From an uncultured Spirochaetia bacterium (GTDB lineage Bacteria > Spirochaetota > CALGPD01): a stretch of DNA of 47,202 nt. Both the position numbers and the translations under genes were made by a program. The stretch is from the NCBI GenBank assembly GCA_964449345.1, contig CAYUYT010000004.1, positions 1 through 47,202 on the forward strand. Reading direction: 5' to 3'. Positions 47,190-47,202 of the stretch are shown here, piece after piece. Numbering within the stretch: position 1 is the stretch's first letter; every line of letters starts with the position of its first letter. The notes below the pieces were generated by a model that was given only the letters and a program-made list of their open reading frames with translations, was not told the origin of the DNA and searched no databases.

Positions 47190-47202
47190 GGTGTATGAAA
47201 AC

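Overview
This is a 47.2-kb low-GC bacterial chromosomal segment, roughly one-third G+C by eye and compactly coded. It most likely comes from a spirochaete: it carries two tandem FlaA flagellar-sheath paralogues, a methyl-accepting chemotaxis protein, PilZ and HDOD signalling proteins, and an ADP-heptose epimerase. Most of the window is housekeeping: glyQS, coaB, xerD, ribBA, rnhC, pgeF, mnmA, a dGTPase-like gene, thrC, hldD, recG, rsmD, tRNA-Phe and tRNA-Leu. It also holds cell-wall amidases, a TolC-like outer-membrane protein, two orphan histidine kinases and several hypothetical proteins. The stand-out region is a very AT-rich ~2-kb islet (about 32990-35060) between thrC and a DUF1330 gene. 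It carries three translationally overlapping genes (258 aa TIGR04255-like, 61 aa acidic, 185 aa with a GDIV...SQDCDL pattern) plus a convergent 80-aa ORF. I read this as a candidate uncharacterised defence or toxin-antitoxin-like module, but I cannot verify homology without searches. Other non-genic signals: three identical copies of a 106-bp MITE-like element with a 26-bp perfect palindrome; a strikingly GC-rich ~120-nt three-way-junction element (239-359); a 42-bp repeat at 34965 and 47148; a degenerate family of GC-rich hairpin repeats; a 1-nt frameshift in an Amidase_3 gene at an A-run; and a PilZ gene whose RxxxR motif lies upstream of any canonical start codon. No CRISPR array, rRNA, transposase or integrase other than XerD was seen.
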